Positions 1-9,029 of a stretch of DNA of 64,000 nt are shown here, piece after piece; the first letter of the stretch is position 1, and each line of letters opens with the position of its first letter. The stretch is from Perkinsela sp. CCAP 1560/9 (taxonomy: Eukaryota; Protista; Euglenozoa: Kinetoplastea), in the NCBI GenBank assembly GCA_965644495.1, contig CBFFSA010000010.1:1-64000 (forward strand). The letters are read 5' to 3'. The notes beneath the pieces are model-generated. The model saw only the letters and a program-made list of their open reading frames with translations, made no database searches and had not been told where the DNA came from. A program made the translations under genes and the position numbers.

Positions 1-107
1 TAAATAGAAGATTTATCCCGCTATACCCATTTCCTTTGTAATCAATAAAATATACTATCACAAGTATCACAAAACAGAGCTCTTTAACCTAGCAAATATT
101 CCCTGTA

Positions 108-160
108 ACTTACGAACGGGCGTTATGCCCACCACGTCGCGAACCAACCCGTTCGCACGT
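108..160 (-). repeat. 3' terminal hairpin segment of a YR retroelement
   Basis: cttacgaacggg...tcgcgaaccaacccgttcgcacgt is homologous to 1201-1252 and to the reverse complement of 31615-31668. Confidence 0.65.
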
Positions 161-589
161 CACCACGCACACCAAGTCTCGTTACACACCTCCACTCTCC
201 TCGCACCCTTCACTCCCTCACTCTCCCTCCCATCCCCTCACGACCACCCAACGCAACTAACCACAGTACAGCACCCTTTCACTCATCAAACACGTGTCCT
301 CGTCGTACACGTGTGCATGAATAACTAAAGAACGTATATATAGTATTTTTTTTTTTGCATATAATTGGGGGGAGTAGTATTGAGTCTAATGTTTTTATGT
401 ACGTTTCGAACTTTCCACCACTTAAAACCCTTCACCCTACTTCCTTCCTTCCCCTACTTCCTTCCTTCCTTCCCCTACTTCCTTCCCCTCACTACATTCA
501 CTTCCCTTCCCCCACTTACTCCCTTCCGACTGACTCGTCCCTACTGACCGACTCGTCCGCACTGTGGCCCATGTGGTCCAGGACCTCCG

Positions 590-898
590 CTCCCACCCCG
601 TTAGCAGTATAAGATACTTTGTGTTGCTGTACGAGGGTGGGAGACGTGGAGGTGACCTGCGCTCCCACCCCGTTAGCAGTATCAGATACTTTAGGTTGCC
701 GTACGAGGGTGGGAGACGTGGAGATGACGAAACGCATAGCCGCCGTCACGCCAAGGGCAAAAAGCGGGAAGAGAGACGAGGCGGAACGGACGCGGGGACA
801 AGGAGAAACGACGCACGAGCCCATCGGTCTGGACCTCTGCCCCCACCCCGTGAGCAAGTATACAATACTTTGGGCTGCTGGCACGGGGGTGGGGGACG
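590..898. repeat. Three related ~55-nt hairpins (first two in 72-bp tandem)
   Basis: ctcccaccc-cgttagcagtat...atac...tgc..tacg-a-gggtgggag at 590 and 662; diverged copy at ~840-895. Confidence 0.85.
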
Positions 899-1079
899 CA
901 AGAGAGGAAAACAGCAGAACGACAAGCGCGCTGAGAGGGAAGGACGAAGTGGGGGAATACGATGCAGGGGGGTGATGGGACGAGAGACGGAGGGGGGGTG
1001 CGGACAAGAGAGAGTGTGATTGAGGGGGGTGCCCTCCCATTGTAGAGGAGATGGTGTATGGAAGAAAAGGGAAATAATT

Positions 1080-1114
1080 CAACAAGGTACAGAAACTGTA
1101 TCTTTATCGTTAAA
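1080..1114 (-). other. Spliced-leader exon copy (trans-spliced junction, not an SL RNA gene)
   Basis: TTTAACGATAAAGATACAGTTTCTGTACCTTGTTG shares TAACG, the GATACAGTTTCTGTAC core and terminal TTG with kinetoplastid SLs; not followed by GT. Confidence 0.85.
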
Positions 1115-1137
1115 GATCTTTATCGCTTTTTTTTTAA

Positions 1138-1320
1138 AGGTACCTGGCCATTTCAATCAAACTTACAGTATTTCAAACAAATCGATAACAAACTCCTTTA
1201 CTTACGAACGGGCATCCCGTCCGCCAACTCCGCGAACCAGCCCGCTCGCACGTAATACTACCACCCGAGCGCATGTGTTTTCAGCAAATGGTGGCGGCCA
1301 CCTACTGAAACACCTACATG
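1138..1320 (-). repeat. 3' non-coding segment of a YR retroelement
   Basis: Homologous to 31560-31727, which lies downstream of the RT/RNaseH stop (ggccgccaccatttgct, cgcggagttgg.ggacgggatgcccgttcgtaag, tggccaggtacctt). Confidence 0.75.
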
Positions 1321-1596
1321 TATAGCCCCGCTATTGCTTATTTGACCAAGTCACTGAGCGCATCTGTTTTTTTTTTTTTTTTTGCAATTAATAAGGGGGG
1401 AGAAGTATGAATCGCGGCATTGCCTCTATATTTTGACCCATTAGACGAACCAAGTAGGTCCATTGGGGGGGTATATGATTTTAAAACAAGCAATCAAATT
1501 AGCAATTTCATATTTTGGAGCCCAAAACTAGCAATTCGATCTCCCGTAAGTATAAGAACAATAAAAACAATAACAATAAAAACAAGCAATCTATGC

Positions 1597-1850
1597 CCAA
1601 TCCATTCGCGCGTTCCGGACCGGGTCTTTCGACCTCTCCACGGCCTGACTTGTGAACCCTTCCCTTGTTATATGGGAGGGCGCAGGCGCGGGCCTGTGTC
1701 GACAGCGACACGGTCGCGAAACAGGATGCTGGCCGACGGGGAGGAAGTTTTAGTTCCCGACCCATGTCCTACCTCACTTGGAGTACCTAGCCCTTGAGGG
1801 TTAGGCGTGAGCATAGACCCTGTCGGCATCGACCAGCATCCAGGCCAGCC
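1597..1850 (-). ncRNA. Large structured RNA in the 3'UTR of an RLE element
   Basis: Homologue at 20918-21170 (+) and a shorter variant at 20540-20652; helices are kept despite substitutions. Confidence 0.6.
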
Positions 1851-1905
1851 ATCTATGAGGGCGCAAACGTGGGTCTGTGCTGACTGCCGTCCGGTCAGGA
1901 AACGT

Positions 1906-2688
1906 TTACTCCCCCAAGCAAGAAAACGGGTCATCAGGGAGAAGGCGATTAACCATCATGCGGGCCTGAAGGCGCATGAGGGTCACGTTTAACTCCGTGA
2001 AGATTCTGCTCGTCGCCCCCCCTTCTGTCAATAACCCGCACGAGGCGTGCGAAAGCCGTTCTCCAACTTTACGGAGTACTGCGGATGCACTGCTGCTCCA
2101 CGCACCGTAGCTCTCCACCACCATGGCGGTGAAGGCACAGCCGGCTTCTTCAGATTCGTGTCTCTGCTGGCCCTTTTGCGTTGATGAATATTGTTCAGCA
2201 AATGACCCCGCGGTTACCCAGCTAGCATTCCGGACTTTGTCCGTATGTTTTAGTTGCTGAGCATGGGTGACCGCGAAGTCAAGTACAATCGGATTCCCCA
2301 ACTGGAGACCGGGCAAATAGACATCGCCGGGTCTGGTGAGGGCGCCCCCTGGGCCTCTGTTGCCAAGACTTTTTTCTCGTTGTGGGGCCAGTTTGGCTCT
2401 GCTGCAAAGGTCGGCGAACTGATCTGCCACGGCATTATGCCTCGTGATAATTCCATTGCCGTGTTTGCAGGACAATGCGTGGTCCCCTTTGGTGTCCAGT
2501 GGGAGAGAACATTTCGGCATAGGGCATTTCCCTTCTTCAGGGTAGACGTCGATCCCTATCCACCAGCGGGCCAAGGTTCGAAACTCTGTAGGAGTAAAGG
2601 AATACCCCATGTCCTTAGACGGGGTTACAAAAGCCCAACTGCTTGCCCCTTTCCCGCATTGAGATATCCATCTTGTTCGTGTTCGCAC
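1906..2688 (-). pseudogene. 5'-truncated non-LTR retrotransposon: Zn finger + RLE, with 3'UTR and poly(A) at 1367-1383
   Basis: CPMPKC...HALSC, RHN, RPGD...LDFAVTH...K, VVESYGAW are typical CRE/R2-group RLE motifs. Confidence 0.85.
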
Positions 2689-2750
2689 ATCTGATATCTC
2701 GTACGTTTTTTTTTTTTTTTTTTGTAAAAACTATTTTCGGCAACAATCAG

Positions 2751-5672
2751 TCAGTGGCGGCTGACCAATTGTTGTAGATTATGAAATTTTGTATGGCTAT
2801 CTAAACGACTCACGGGATCTGCTGGGTTGTCTTCGGACCGTATGTATCGCGCTTTGATGCAAATCCCTTGATTCTGATTCATCAGTAAAACTTTCTTCAG
2901 TTCGCTAGCGATATTATCGGAATTCGCCATACGTTTATTAATGGCGCCCTGACAAGACGTGTTATCTATGTATAAGTCAATACACGTCCCCTTCTCAAAG
3001 TGATGTTTGAAGTCCTTCAAAGCATTGGTTACGGCCATGGCCTCGGCATGATTTACCTCATATTTAAATTCTTTGGGCCAAGAGTCACCTGTAATCTGTA
3101 CCCCCCCGTCATCGAGATATAGCACTGCTCCCCACCCTTTGCTCGATGCGTCGGTATATAGGCGGTGCGTATGGGGCACGACGTCTGGGTGCGGAGGTGG
3201 TTCAATGGGTATATTCTTTAGCACTTCGTCCCGCCAATCGGCTAGGATGCATCTCGTGGGTTTAGGAAGAGGTACCGGCTTATCCGCTAGGTGAAGATTT
3301 CGGTTTAACATATTAATACGGCGCCTCGCAATTTTGAGCGTAAAATGAAAACGCGGAATAACATACCCAAGGACTGCTGAGGCGTAGAGGAGACGCCCCA
3401 CCGCCGTCTCCAATTGGGCGTACGTAATAGTGTTAAATCGATCACGACGTAACTTCAGTAGTACTCGAGGTCCCAGGCTGACCTTGTGCACTATATGATC
3501 GTAGTTTAAGCCATTAAACACATACTCCAGTTCCGGGGGTGAGCCATGCTCCTTAAAGGCTCCATTAGCTTCTCTACAGCGGGAATCAATCCGCTTGGCA
3601 TATCCAATGGCTTCCTCTTTGCTCGCTGTGTAGCGAATCCCGTCGATATATATATCAACACTGCTCTTTGCAAAACTCGCTTCCGGTTTACACACTCCCG
3701 GGTCACCGGCCAGCACGGACGTGATAGTATGCATCACTTCCGGGGCACATCTATGCCCCATGGGCATAACTTTCATCTGATAGAGATTTCCTTGGGAATC
3801 ACGAAACCGAAACTTCGCGCGCGCGCGCTCTGGGACCGGGACCTGATAGAAACCACATTTGAGATCTCTTTTCACCCCGACCTCCATTTCCACACGATGA
3901 AGGTATTTCGCCGGATGGAGCAGCGGCACGAGCGGATCATATTCCTTCAGACGTTCATTGTCATCCTTAGTCCATGAAATAAAACGTCGTCTGGATTTCC
4001 CTGATTCGTCAGCTTCCACCACCGTAAAGGGTACGAGGTACTGTATAGTCGGTATGTCGCGGGCCATTTGATCCGAAACTCGTTGAATAACATTCGCTGT
4101 GATCAGTTCGTTGATGTCCTTCGTAAGAAGATTCCCTTTAATGGATGGTTCAGGCTGTGGTGGTACTTTGGTGCAAAACATTTTATTCATAATGCGCTCT
4201 AGTCGGCTTCGCGTGTCATTCCTCATCCAAGACTTAACTTTATCCAGTTCCATAGTAGGAATTCCCGTCTTAACGTGTAAGGGGTGATGCATGTCCTGCG
4301 CCTTGGCTAAGCGCGAAGTTCTCCTTGCACAAATAATGCTATACCGCTTAACATGTGGGACCTGCTCGAGGCACCTATCTACATCAGCTTGTGTTATTGG
4401 AGTTGCAGGAGAGCCGAAGCTCGCTGTGTACCGAGCGCTCTCGTGGTGGTCACTAGGTTTGCGTTGTACCGTAATAGGGAGGTAATGTGCTGATGTTTTG
4501 CGAGATTTTGAACGTCTGATATTGTTAGTCTTCCTAGAGCAACCTCCTGAAACAGGTACGTTACCGCTCCGCGCTTGATGGAATGTGTTCCGAATTTCGG
4601 GCCCAGAATCTTGCGTATTCGGAGATCCATCTCCCGTACTGTCGTGGCGCTTATGCGCTGCCCTGCAATCATATGCCTGACGTGTTGAGCTATCTCTGGA
4701 GTCCCTGGACCCACTATCGTTGTGCACATGGATAACCGATACGGGTTGAGTCGTGTGGTTTTCGTTTGCCGCCCCCAATACACAATTACTTCGTTGTCGT
4801 CCACCTTGACAAACCGGTCTTTGGTCAATTCGGCTACCTCGGTCCATCGGCCCGCGGCTTTCCAACAGATCAACACCGCTATCGAATCCCTTGGTATGAG
4901 TTTGGCGCGCAACTTTCTGATATGCCATGGGGTCGCGGGCTCCATTTGGCGGGTTGGTTCTAGCGCTCCCTTTGCTTGCAATGCTTTCGCGTATAGCTGT
5001 AGAGGTCCTGTGGGTTTGTGGGCGAGGTTGAATATCGATTGGAGGCTTCGTGCATATGCGAGAAGTGTTGCGGGTGCAAGATTCAGCTGATCGAGGAACA
5101 CTACAGCGTGTAGGGGTTCGAGGGGGGCGTTTCCCGCGTTGCAAAAGCGGGCCAGTCGATCCCACAACCGACTTCGTGTCATCCAGGTGGCTGTCGTCCA
5201 CATGGGGTCTATCGCGCGGCATATCGGTTCGACTACCGGCATTCTCGGTTCCAGTCCCAACAAAGTGCATGTCAGTCTGCGTTTTGCTTGCAGTTCGTTC
5301 ATGTTTTCGCTTCCGACGACGTCGCGGGGATCGGGATTTGGACGCTCCCGCTTCGGCGCGTGGACTACAGACCGTATAATGGTCGGAACACTTGCATCCG
5401 TATTCCCGGATGAAGGCCAAGAACTGTTTGAAAAGTTCACCCGCCGCGTTTTCGGCAGCTGGGCACGTGCAAAAAAGCCTGGTTTTTTCACCCTCCGTTT
5501 GACAAACGGTCGGGCACGAGCGAGATAAGGGGTGGGGGGCCTTCCCTATTGGCCCCTCTTTGCACCAGCGGTGCCGCTCGTCACCCCCGAGCGAAAACCC
5601 GTGGCGAAGCTGCGCTGCTGGGCTTGATTTAAGGTCGGACAGTACGCACGGATGTGGCCCGGCTTGTGGCAT
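2751..5672 (-). CDS. Reverse transcriptase-RNase H (N-terminal frame overlaps YR)
   Basis: RDLKCGFYQ, MPMGHRCAP, YIDG; RNaseH YTDAS, EAMAV, YIDNT, NPADPVSR; true start uncertain. Confidence 0.9.
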   Translation of the reverse strand: MPQAGPHPCVLSDLKSSPAAQLRHGFSLGGDERHRWCKEGPIGKAPHPLSRSCPTVCQTEGEKTRLFCTCPAAENAAGELFKQFLAFIREYGCKCSDHYTVCSPRAEAGASKSRSPRRRRKRKHERTASKTQTDMHFVGTGTENAGSRTDMPRDRPHVDDSHLDDTKSVVGSTGPLLQRGKRPPRTPTRCSVPRSAESCTRNTSRICTKPPIDIQPRPQTHRTSTAIRESIASKGSARTNPPNGARDPMAYQKVARQTHTKGFDSGVDLLESRGPMDRGSRIDQRPVCQGGRQRSNCVLGAANENHTTQPVSVIHVHNDSGSRDSRDSSTRQAYDCRAAHKRHDSTGDGSPNTQDSGPEIRNTFHQARSGNVPVSGGCSRKTNNIRRSKSRKTSAHYLPITVQRKPSDHHESARYTASFGSPATPITQADVDRCLEQVPHVKRYSIICARRTSRLAKAQDMHHPLHVKTGIPTMELDKVKSWMRNDTRSRLERIMNKMFCTKVPPQPEPSIKGNLLTKDINELITANVIQRVSDQMARDIPTIQYLVPFTVVEADESGKSRRRFISWTKDDNERLKEYDPLVPLLHPAKYLHRVEMEVGVKRDLKCGFYQVPVPERARAKFRFRDSQGNLYQMKVMPMGHRCAPEVMHTITSVLAGDPGVCKPEASFAKSSVDIYIDGIRYTASKEEAIGYAKRIDSRCREANGAFKEHGSPPELEYVFNGLNYDHIVHKVSLGPRVLLKLRRDRFNTITYAQLETAVGRLLYASAVLGYVIPRFHFTLKIARRRINMLNRNLHLADKPVPLPKPTRCILADWRDEVLKNIPIEPPPHPDVVPHTHRLYTDASSKGWGAVLYLDDGGVQITGDSWPKEFKYEVNHAEAMAVTNALKDFKHHFEKGTCIDLYIDNTSCQGAINKRMANSDNIASELKKVLLMNQNQGICIKARYIRSEDNPADPVSRLDSHTKFHNLQQLVSRH
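4394..5491 (-). CDS. Tyrosine recombinase
   Basis: WKAAGR (R), HSIKR (HxxR), AKH, LLRY catalytic set; true start uncertain. Confidence 0.9.
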   Translation of the reverse strand: MKKPGFFARAQLPKTRRVNFSNSSWPSSGNTDASVPTIIRSVVHAPKRERPNPDPRDVVGSENMNELQAKRRLTCTLLGLEPRMPVVEPICRAIDPMWTTATWMTRSRLWDRLARFCNAGNAPLEPLHAVVFLDQLNLAPATLLAYARSLQSIFNLAHKPTGPLQLYAKALQAKGALEPTRQMEPATPWHIRKLRAKLIPRDSIAVLICWKAAGRWTEVAELTKDRFVKVDDNEVIVYWGRQTKTTRLNPYRLSMCTTIVGPGTPEIAQHVRHMIAGQRISATTVREMDLRIRKILGPKFGTHSIKRGAVTYLFQEVALGRLTISDVQNLAKHQHITSLLRYNANLVTTTRALGTQRASALLQLQ

Positions 5673-6583
5673 TTGTAGCAGAGTAATGCAGGCTTGGCCG
5701 GCCCCTTGGGAGTACGCAACTGTCGAAGTTTCTCGTCTGCGACAGCCTTCGTATACGCGTCCTTAGCGTCGTCGTGCTTATGCAGCTTTAACTGGAGATT
5801 TTCAATCGGAATGCCTTGAGATGCCCAGTAATGGTTCCGTAGTTCTTCGATTGCTGTTTGGACAATGCTCAGAAAATACTCTTCACGCCATATTGGGTAC
5901 ATACGAGCGGCATACACCCAATCCTGAATAATCTTAAAGAGACGCTCGCGGATGGGCGGGGGGTGAAATAACAAGCCAAACTCCGGTGCCGCCCTAAGAT
6001 CTCGGATGAGATCCCTCACGCGCAGCTCATCTTCGGATTCAAGCCAGGGCCCCCAGGTCAACGGTTCATAAGTCGTGAACTTGGCGGGGTCAGTCACAAG
6101 CTGCGGTGTTGCTTGCCCATCTTCAGTCTTCCGCCCCCCTGGCATGACTGCTCGGACACTAGAGATCTCTAGGGAATAGTAATTAATATCCGGGAAAGGG
6201 AAATCGTATGCCATACCTGGCTCGTCGGACCACTTCGCCTCCAGGGACCCCGATCCATCGCCCTTAAGAGAAATGTTACCCACTACCGTTTGACGATGAG
6301 TTTCCCCTACGTGGCCCCACACGGCCTCAACAGATACCTGGTACCCTCGAGCTACTAAAGATTTAACTTTAGCAGCAAACTCCATCTTCGATTCCTCTGA
6401 CATGGCCTCCGCGCCATCCCCACCTCGAAGCAAAGCCGCCACTTGCTCGGGGTTCAGGGTGTTTCTCTGGTCCCGTCCTTGTCGGAGAGATGGGCTCACA
6501 GGGTCGTTAGGATCAACTGGTGGAGGACTGTCCTGTCTGCCCATAGAGAGTGTTCGGCGCACGGTATTCAAAATACCTGCCAT
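5546..6583 (-). CDS. Gag-like protein with CCHC zinc knuckle
   Basis: C-terminal CYKCHKPGHIRAYC; ATG 37 nt downstream of the SL. Confidence 0.85.
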   Translation of the reverse strand: MAGILNTVRRTLSMGRQDSPPPVDPNDPVSPSLRQGRDQRNTLNPEQVAALLRGGDGAEAMSEESKMEFAAKVKSLVARGYQVSVEAVWGHVGETHRQTVVGNISLKGDGSGSLEAKWSDEPGMAYDFPFPDINYYSLEISSVRAVMPGGRKTEDGQATPQLVTDPAKFTTYEPLTWGPWLESEDELRVRDLIRDLRAAPEFGLLFHPPPIRERLFKIIQDWVYAARMYPIWREEYFLSIVQTAIEELRNHYWASQGIPIENLQLKLHKHDDAKDAYTKAVADEKLRQLRTPKGPAKPALLCYKCHKPGHIRAYCPTLNQAQQRSFATGFRSGVTSGTAGAKRGQ

Positions 6584-6620
6584 GGAAAAACGTTTTTGTT
6601 GTTTATAGGAGGAAATGTCA

Positions 6621-6655
6621 CAACAAGGTACAGAAACTGTATCTTTGTCGTTAAA
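6621..6655 (-). other. Spliced-leader exon copy in the gag 5'UTR
   Basis: TTTAACGACAAAGATACAGTTTCTGTACCTTGTTG, 34/35 identical to 1080-1114; flanked by a 12-bp direct repeat at 6609-6620 and 6656-6667. Confidence 0.85.
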
Positions 6656-6839
6656 GAGGAAATGTCACTAATATACAGTATATTTATAATTACCTCAATC
6701 TATCCCTGGTACATAGATAAATAGTTTAGACCCATTTCGGGGTAGAATTTGAAAACAGTTTAGACCCCTTTCGGGGCACCATCTGCATATCAACAAAATA
6801 AAGTCTCCTAAATTTCTTATCGTAAACTTATACTTTTTC

Positions 6840-8888
6840 ATCGCTCTGGTATCATCAGTGTCGCTCGTGCTTTTCCCGTTATTTTCTTCTCCTGTAACAG
6901 AATCAGGTAAAGGACGTCGTCGCCTTTTTTTCCGCTCAAGTCGCGGATGGTAGCCAGGGAATGCTTCATAGCAGATAGAATGCAATTCCAAATTCGATTT
7001 CGTTGTTCATATGATGAATCCGCGTAGTCGCGGACGATGTCACGATAAATTGCAATTACGCATGGCACAAATTCCGCAGGAATTGTCCGCATGGTGGGCA
7101 TGGGGTTCTTATCCAAATCTTCTTCTGTATGTATCCTGGTTCGCGGTTCTTGGTGCATCCCGATCTCAGGTTGTTTTGCATGTTTTAGCCAAAATATTTC
7201 ATAGACGCGAACGTTCGGATGAGGCGGTAGGAAACCATCGAATTTACTTCCAACCATGTCAAATGGGCATGTGTATGATTGTTCCTAATGCATCGTAATT
7301 TTCAATAGGCAAAAAATTGAATGAAATTATATTTAATTTAATTTGAGGAATTCGCAAAGCATATTTTCAATCAGGAGAAGGTTGAAGAGAGGCGGTACGA
7401 GAAGGAAAAGTGGATGGAGTCGCGTGGGTAGTGTTGTCGCAGCGAGCTTTGTGTTAGGATAAAATGAGAATAATAATAACAAGTAGAGCATTGCTGCGAC
7501 CACTTGCGGACTGATATATATATATATACCATGTGCCCCACGATTCCTTCGTAAGACATTGATAGCTTTCCAACTCCAGCACGTTTTTTTATTGATTTTA
7601 CAGTTCCGTGAGATATATTTAGAAGCGCTTGGTTATCAAAGCTCCACGCCAGTAGGCATTCTTCTTTTGGCCTCGCGTTTTTCGATCTTTCCCATAGCAT
7701 ATCCGTCGCAACTGGAAAGCTAAAAGCCGGATCAATTGACCCTGCCCAACGTTGAACAATGGCCTTGTTGCACGAATTGGGGTCTGGCAAGGAGTTTGCT
7801 TCTGAACTTGCAAGCGTTTCGTGCAGTGTATCTGATGTCGAAGTGTTTCCTTCCGGCACCTGTATCGTGAGCGGGGAAACGCAATCAAAGAAGGTTTCGC
7901 TCGCGTCTGCGGACCTGTGAGACAGACAGGGGGAGTTTTCAGGTTGATGTATTCCGCCAAAGTTGCGCTCTTCGTTTGCAACGCCATTGGAGTCTTCGCG
8001 CAAGATGTTTTCGCTGACTATCTGCGGCATAGATTTGCGGGCACGCCTCAGCACCACCTTATTAGGGTTCTTCACCTCTGTTTCTCGTGTGGTCGAGATC
8101 GTTCGTAATGATTCAGAAATGACATAGCAGTCGGTATTTGTCTCTGGTTGCATCTCTGTTGTGTTCTCTGGTAGCGTCTCTGTTGCGGTTTCTTGTCGCG
8201 TCTCTGTTGCGGTCTCTGGTCGCGTCTCTGTTGCGGCCTCTGGTCGCATCTCAACTCGCTGGATTGGCGACTTGACGGTCGGAGTCGAGAGACCGGTTAA
8301 TGAAGGAAGCGTGCTCGATATCAAGCTTGCAATGGGTTTTAGGGTCTGAACAACAGTAGTTGCCGAAGGAAGCGTGAATCTAGAACTCTCAGTTCGGCGG
8401 ATCCGGATAAATGAGTTGGCTTTCGACTGTTTCGATGCTTCCGCCGCTTTTGCTTCGCTCTCTCTCACTTTTCTTTCTTCCTCCTGTCGCGCCTCGATTT
8501 GCTTTTTGAGCTCATTGAAGGAGATGCGAAAACCCCGTTTGACAGCTTTGTTCCCGGATGGCGGAGGGAGCGGTAGAGGTAAGGTTTTTTCCGTTGGTGA
8601 TTCTGTTGGCGGTGACAGCGTTGTTTGTTTGTCTAGAGGTGCTGTCATCGATACCGGCGGATTGCCAGGTGATGTTGTTCGTGGCCCCTGTTGGGGTGAG
8701 GGTGGTGCGGACAGTGGCGCGGATGAGGGTGCCGGCGAGTTTGGTACGGACAATTCTCTTGGGGTCGGCGATGAAGATTCGTTTGCCTCTCGTAGAATCG
8801 GTTGTTTCTTTGCTCGGCGGGGCGGCAACGGCTGGATGACGGGAGCTACTCCAGTCTCCTTTGCTTTGGCACGCGTGAGCATGCCCAT
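6840..8888 (-). pseudogene. 5' part of an RT-RLE non-LTR element ORF (MGMLTRAKAKE...), interrupted and truncated
   Basis: AWSFD...GFLPPHPNVRVY...MPTMRT..AEFVPC matches the 33522-35960 ORF; interrupted by 7260-7527. Confidence 0.8.
7260..7527 (-). mobile_element. Short insertion (RLE-element 3'UTR piece) with 7-bp TSD
   Basis: accatgt at 7253-7259 and 7528-7534; 7260-7416 is the reverse complement of ~20672-20831; host protein reads through when it is removed (GIVGH-MVGSKF). Confidence 0.8.
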
Positions 8889-9029
8889 GTTTGGACGAAA
8901 AAGATTAGGAAAATAAAACAACAAGATTCGCGCAGATCGATCCCTCTTTTTCGGTGCACGTTGTTGCAATATTTCGTTCGATCGTTATATAGGTTTATAA
9001 GTTCAAGTTACCGTCAGCCACCGCTGTAG

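Larger units (their letters stand above)
346..1114 (-). mobile_element. Non-coding retrocopy running from SL to poly(A) (SINE-like)
   Basis: Minus strand starts with a 35-nt SL-like exon (1114-1080), has three related hairpins and a GA-rich tract, and ends in A11 (T run 346-356); no credible protein. Confidence 0.65.
2705..6790 (-). mobile_element. Tyrosine-recombinase retrotransposon 1 (VIPER/TATE-like: gag, YR, RT-RNaseH)
   Basis: Three intact overlapping ORFs; SL upstream of gag; A19 tract 27 nt after the RT stop; 5' boundary approximate. Confidence 0.9.

Noticed and set aside
516-1085. 189-aa ORF downstream of the SL
   Set aside because: TTG start inside the SL, low complexity, and its repeats are explained by RNA hairpins
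4394-5491. Prophage or integron integrase
   Set aside because: Context with a Gag knuckle and RT-RNaseH identifies a eukaryotic YR retrotransposon
1080-6655. SL RNA genes
   Set aside because: Neither 35-mer is followed by a GT donor or SL intron and there is no tandem array; the GT after 38263 follows only a 10-nt match
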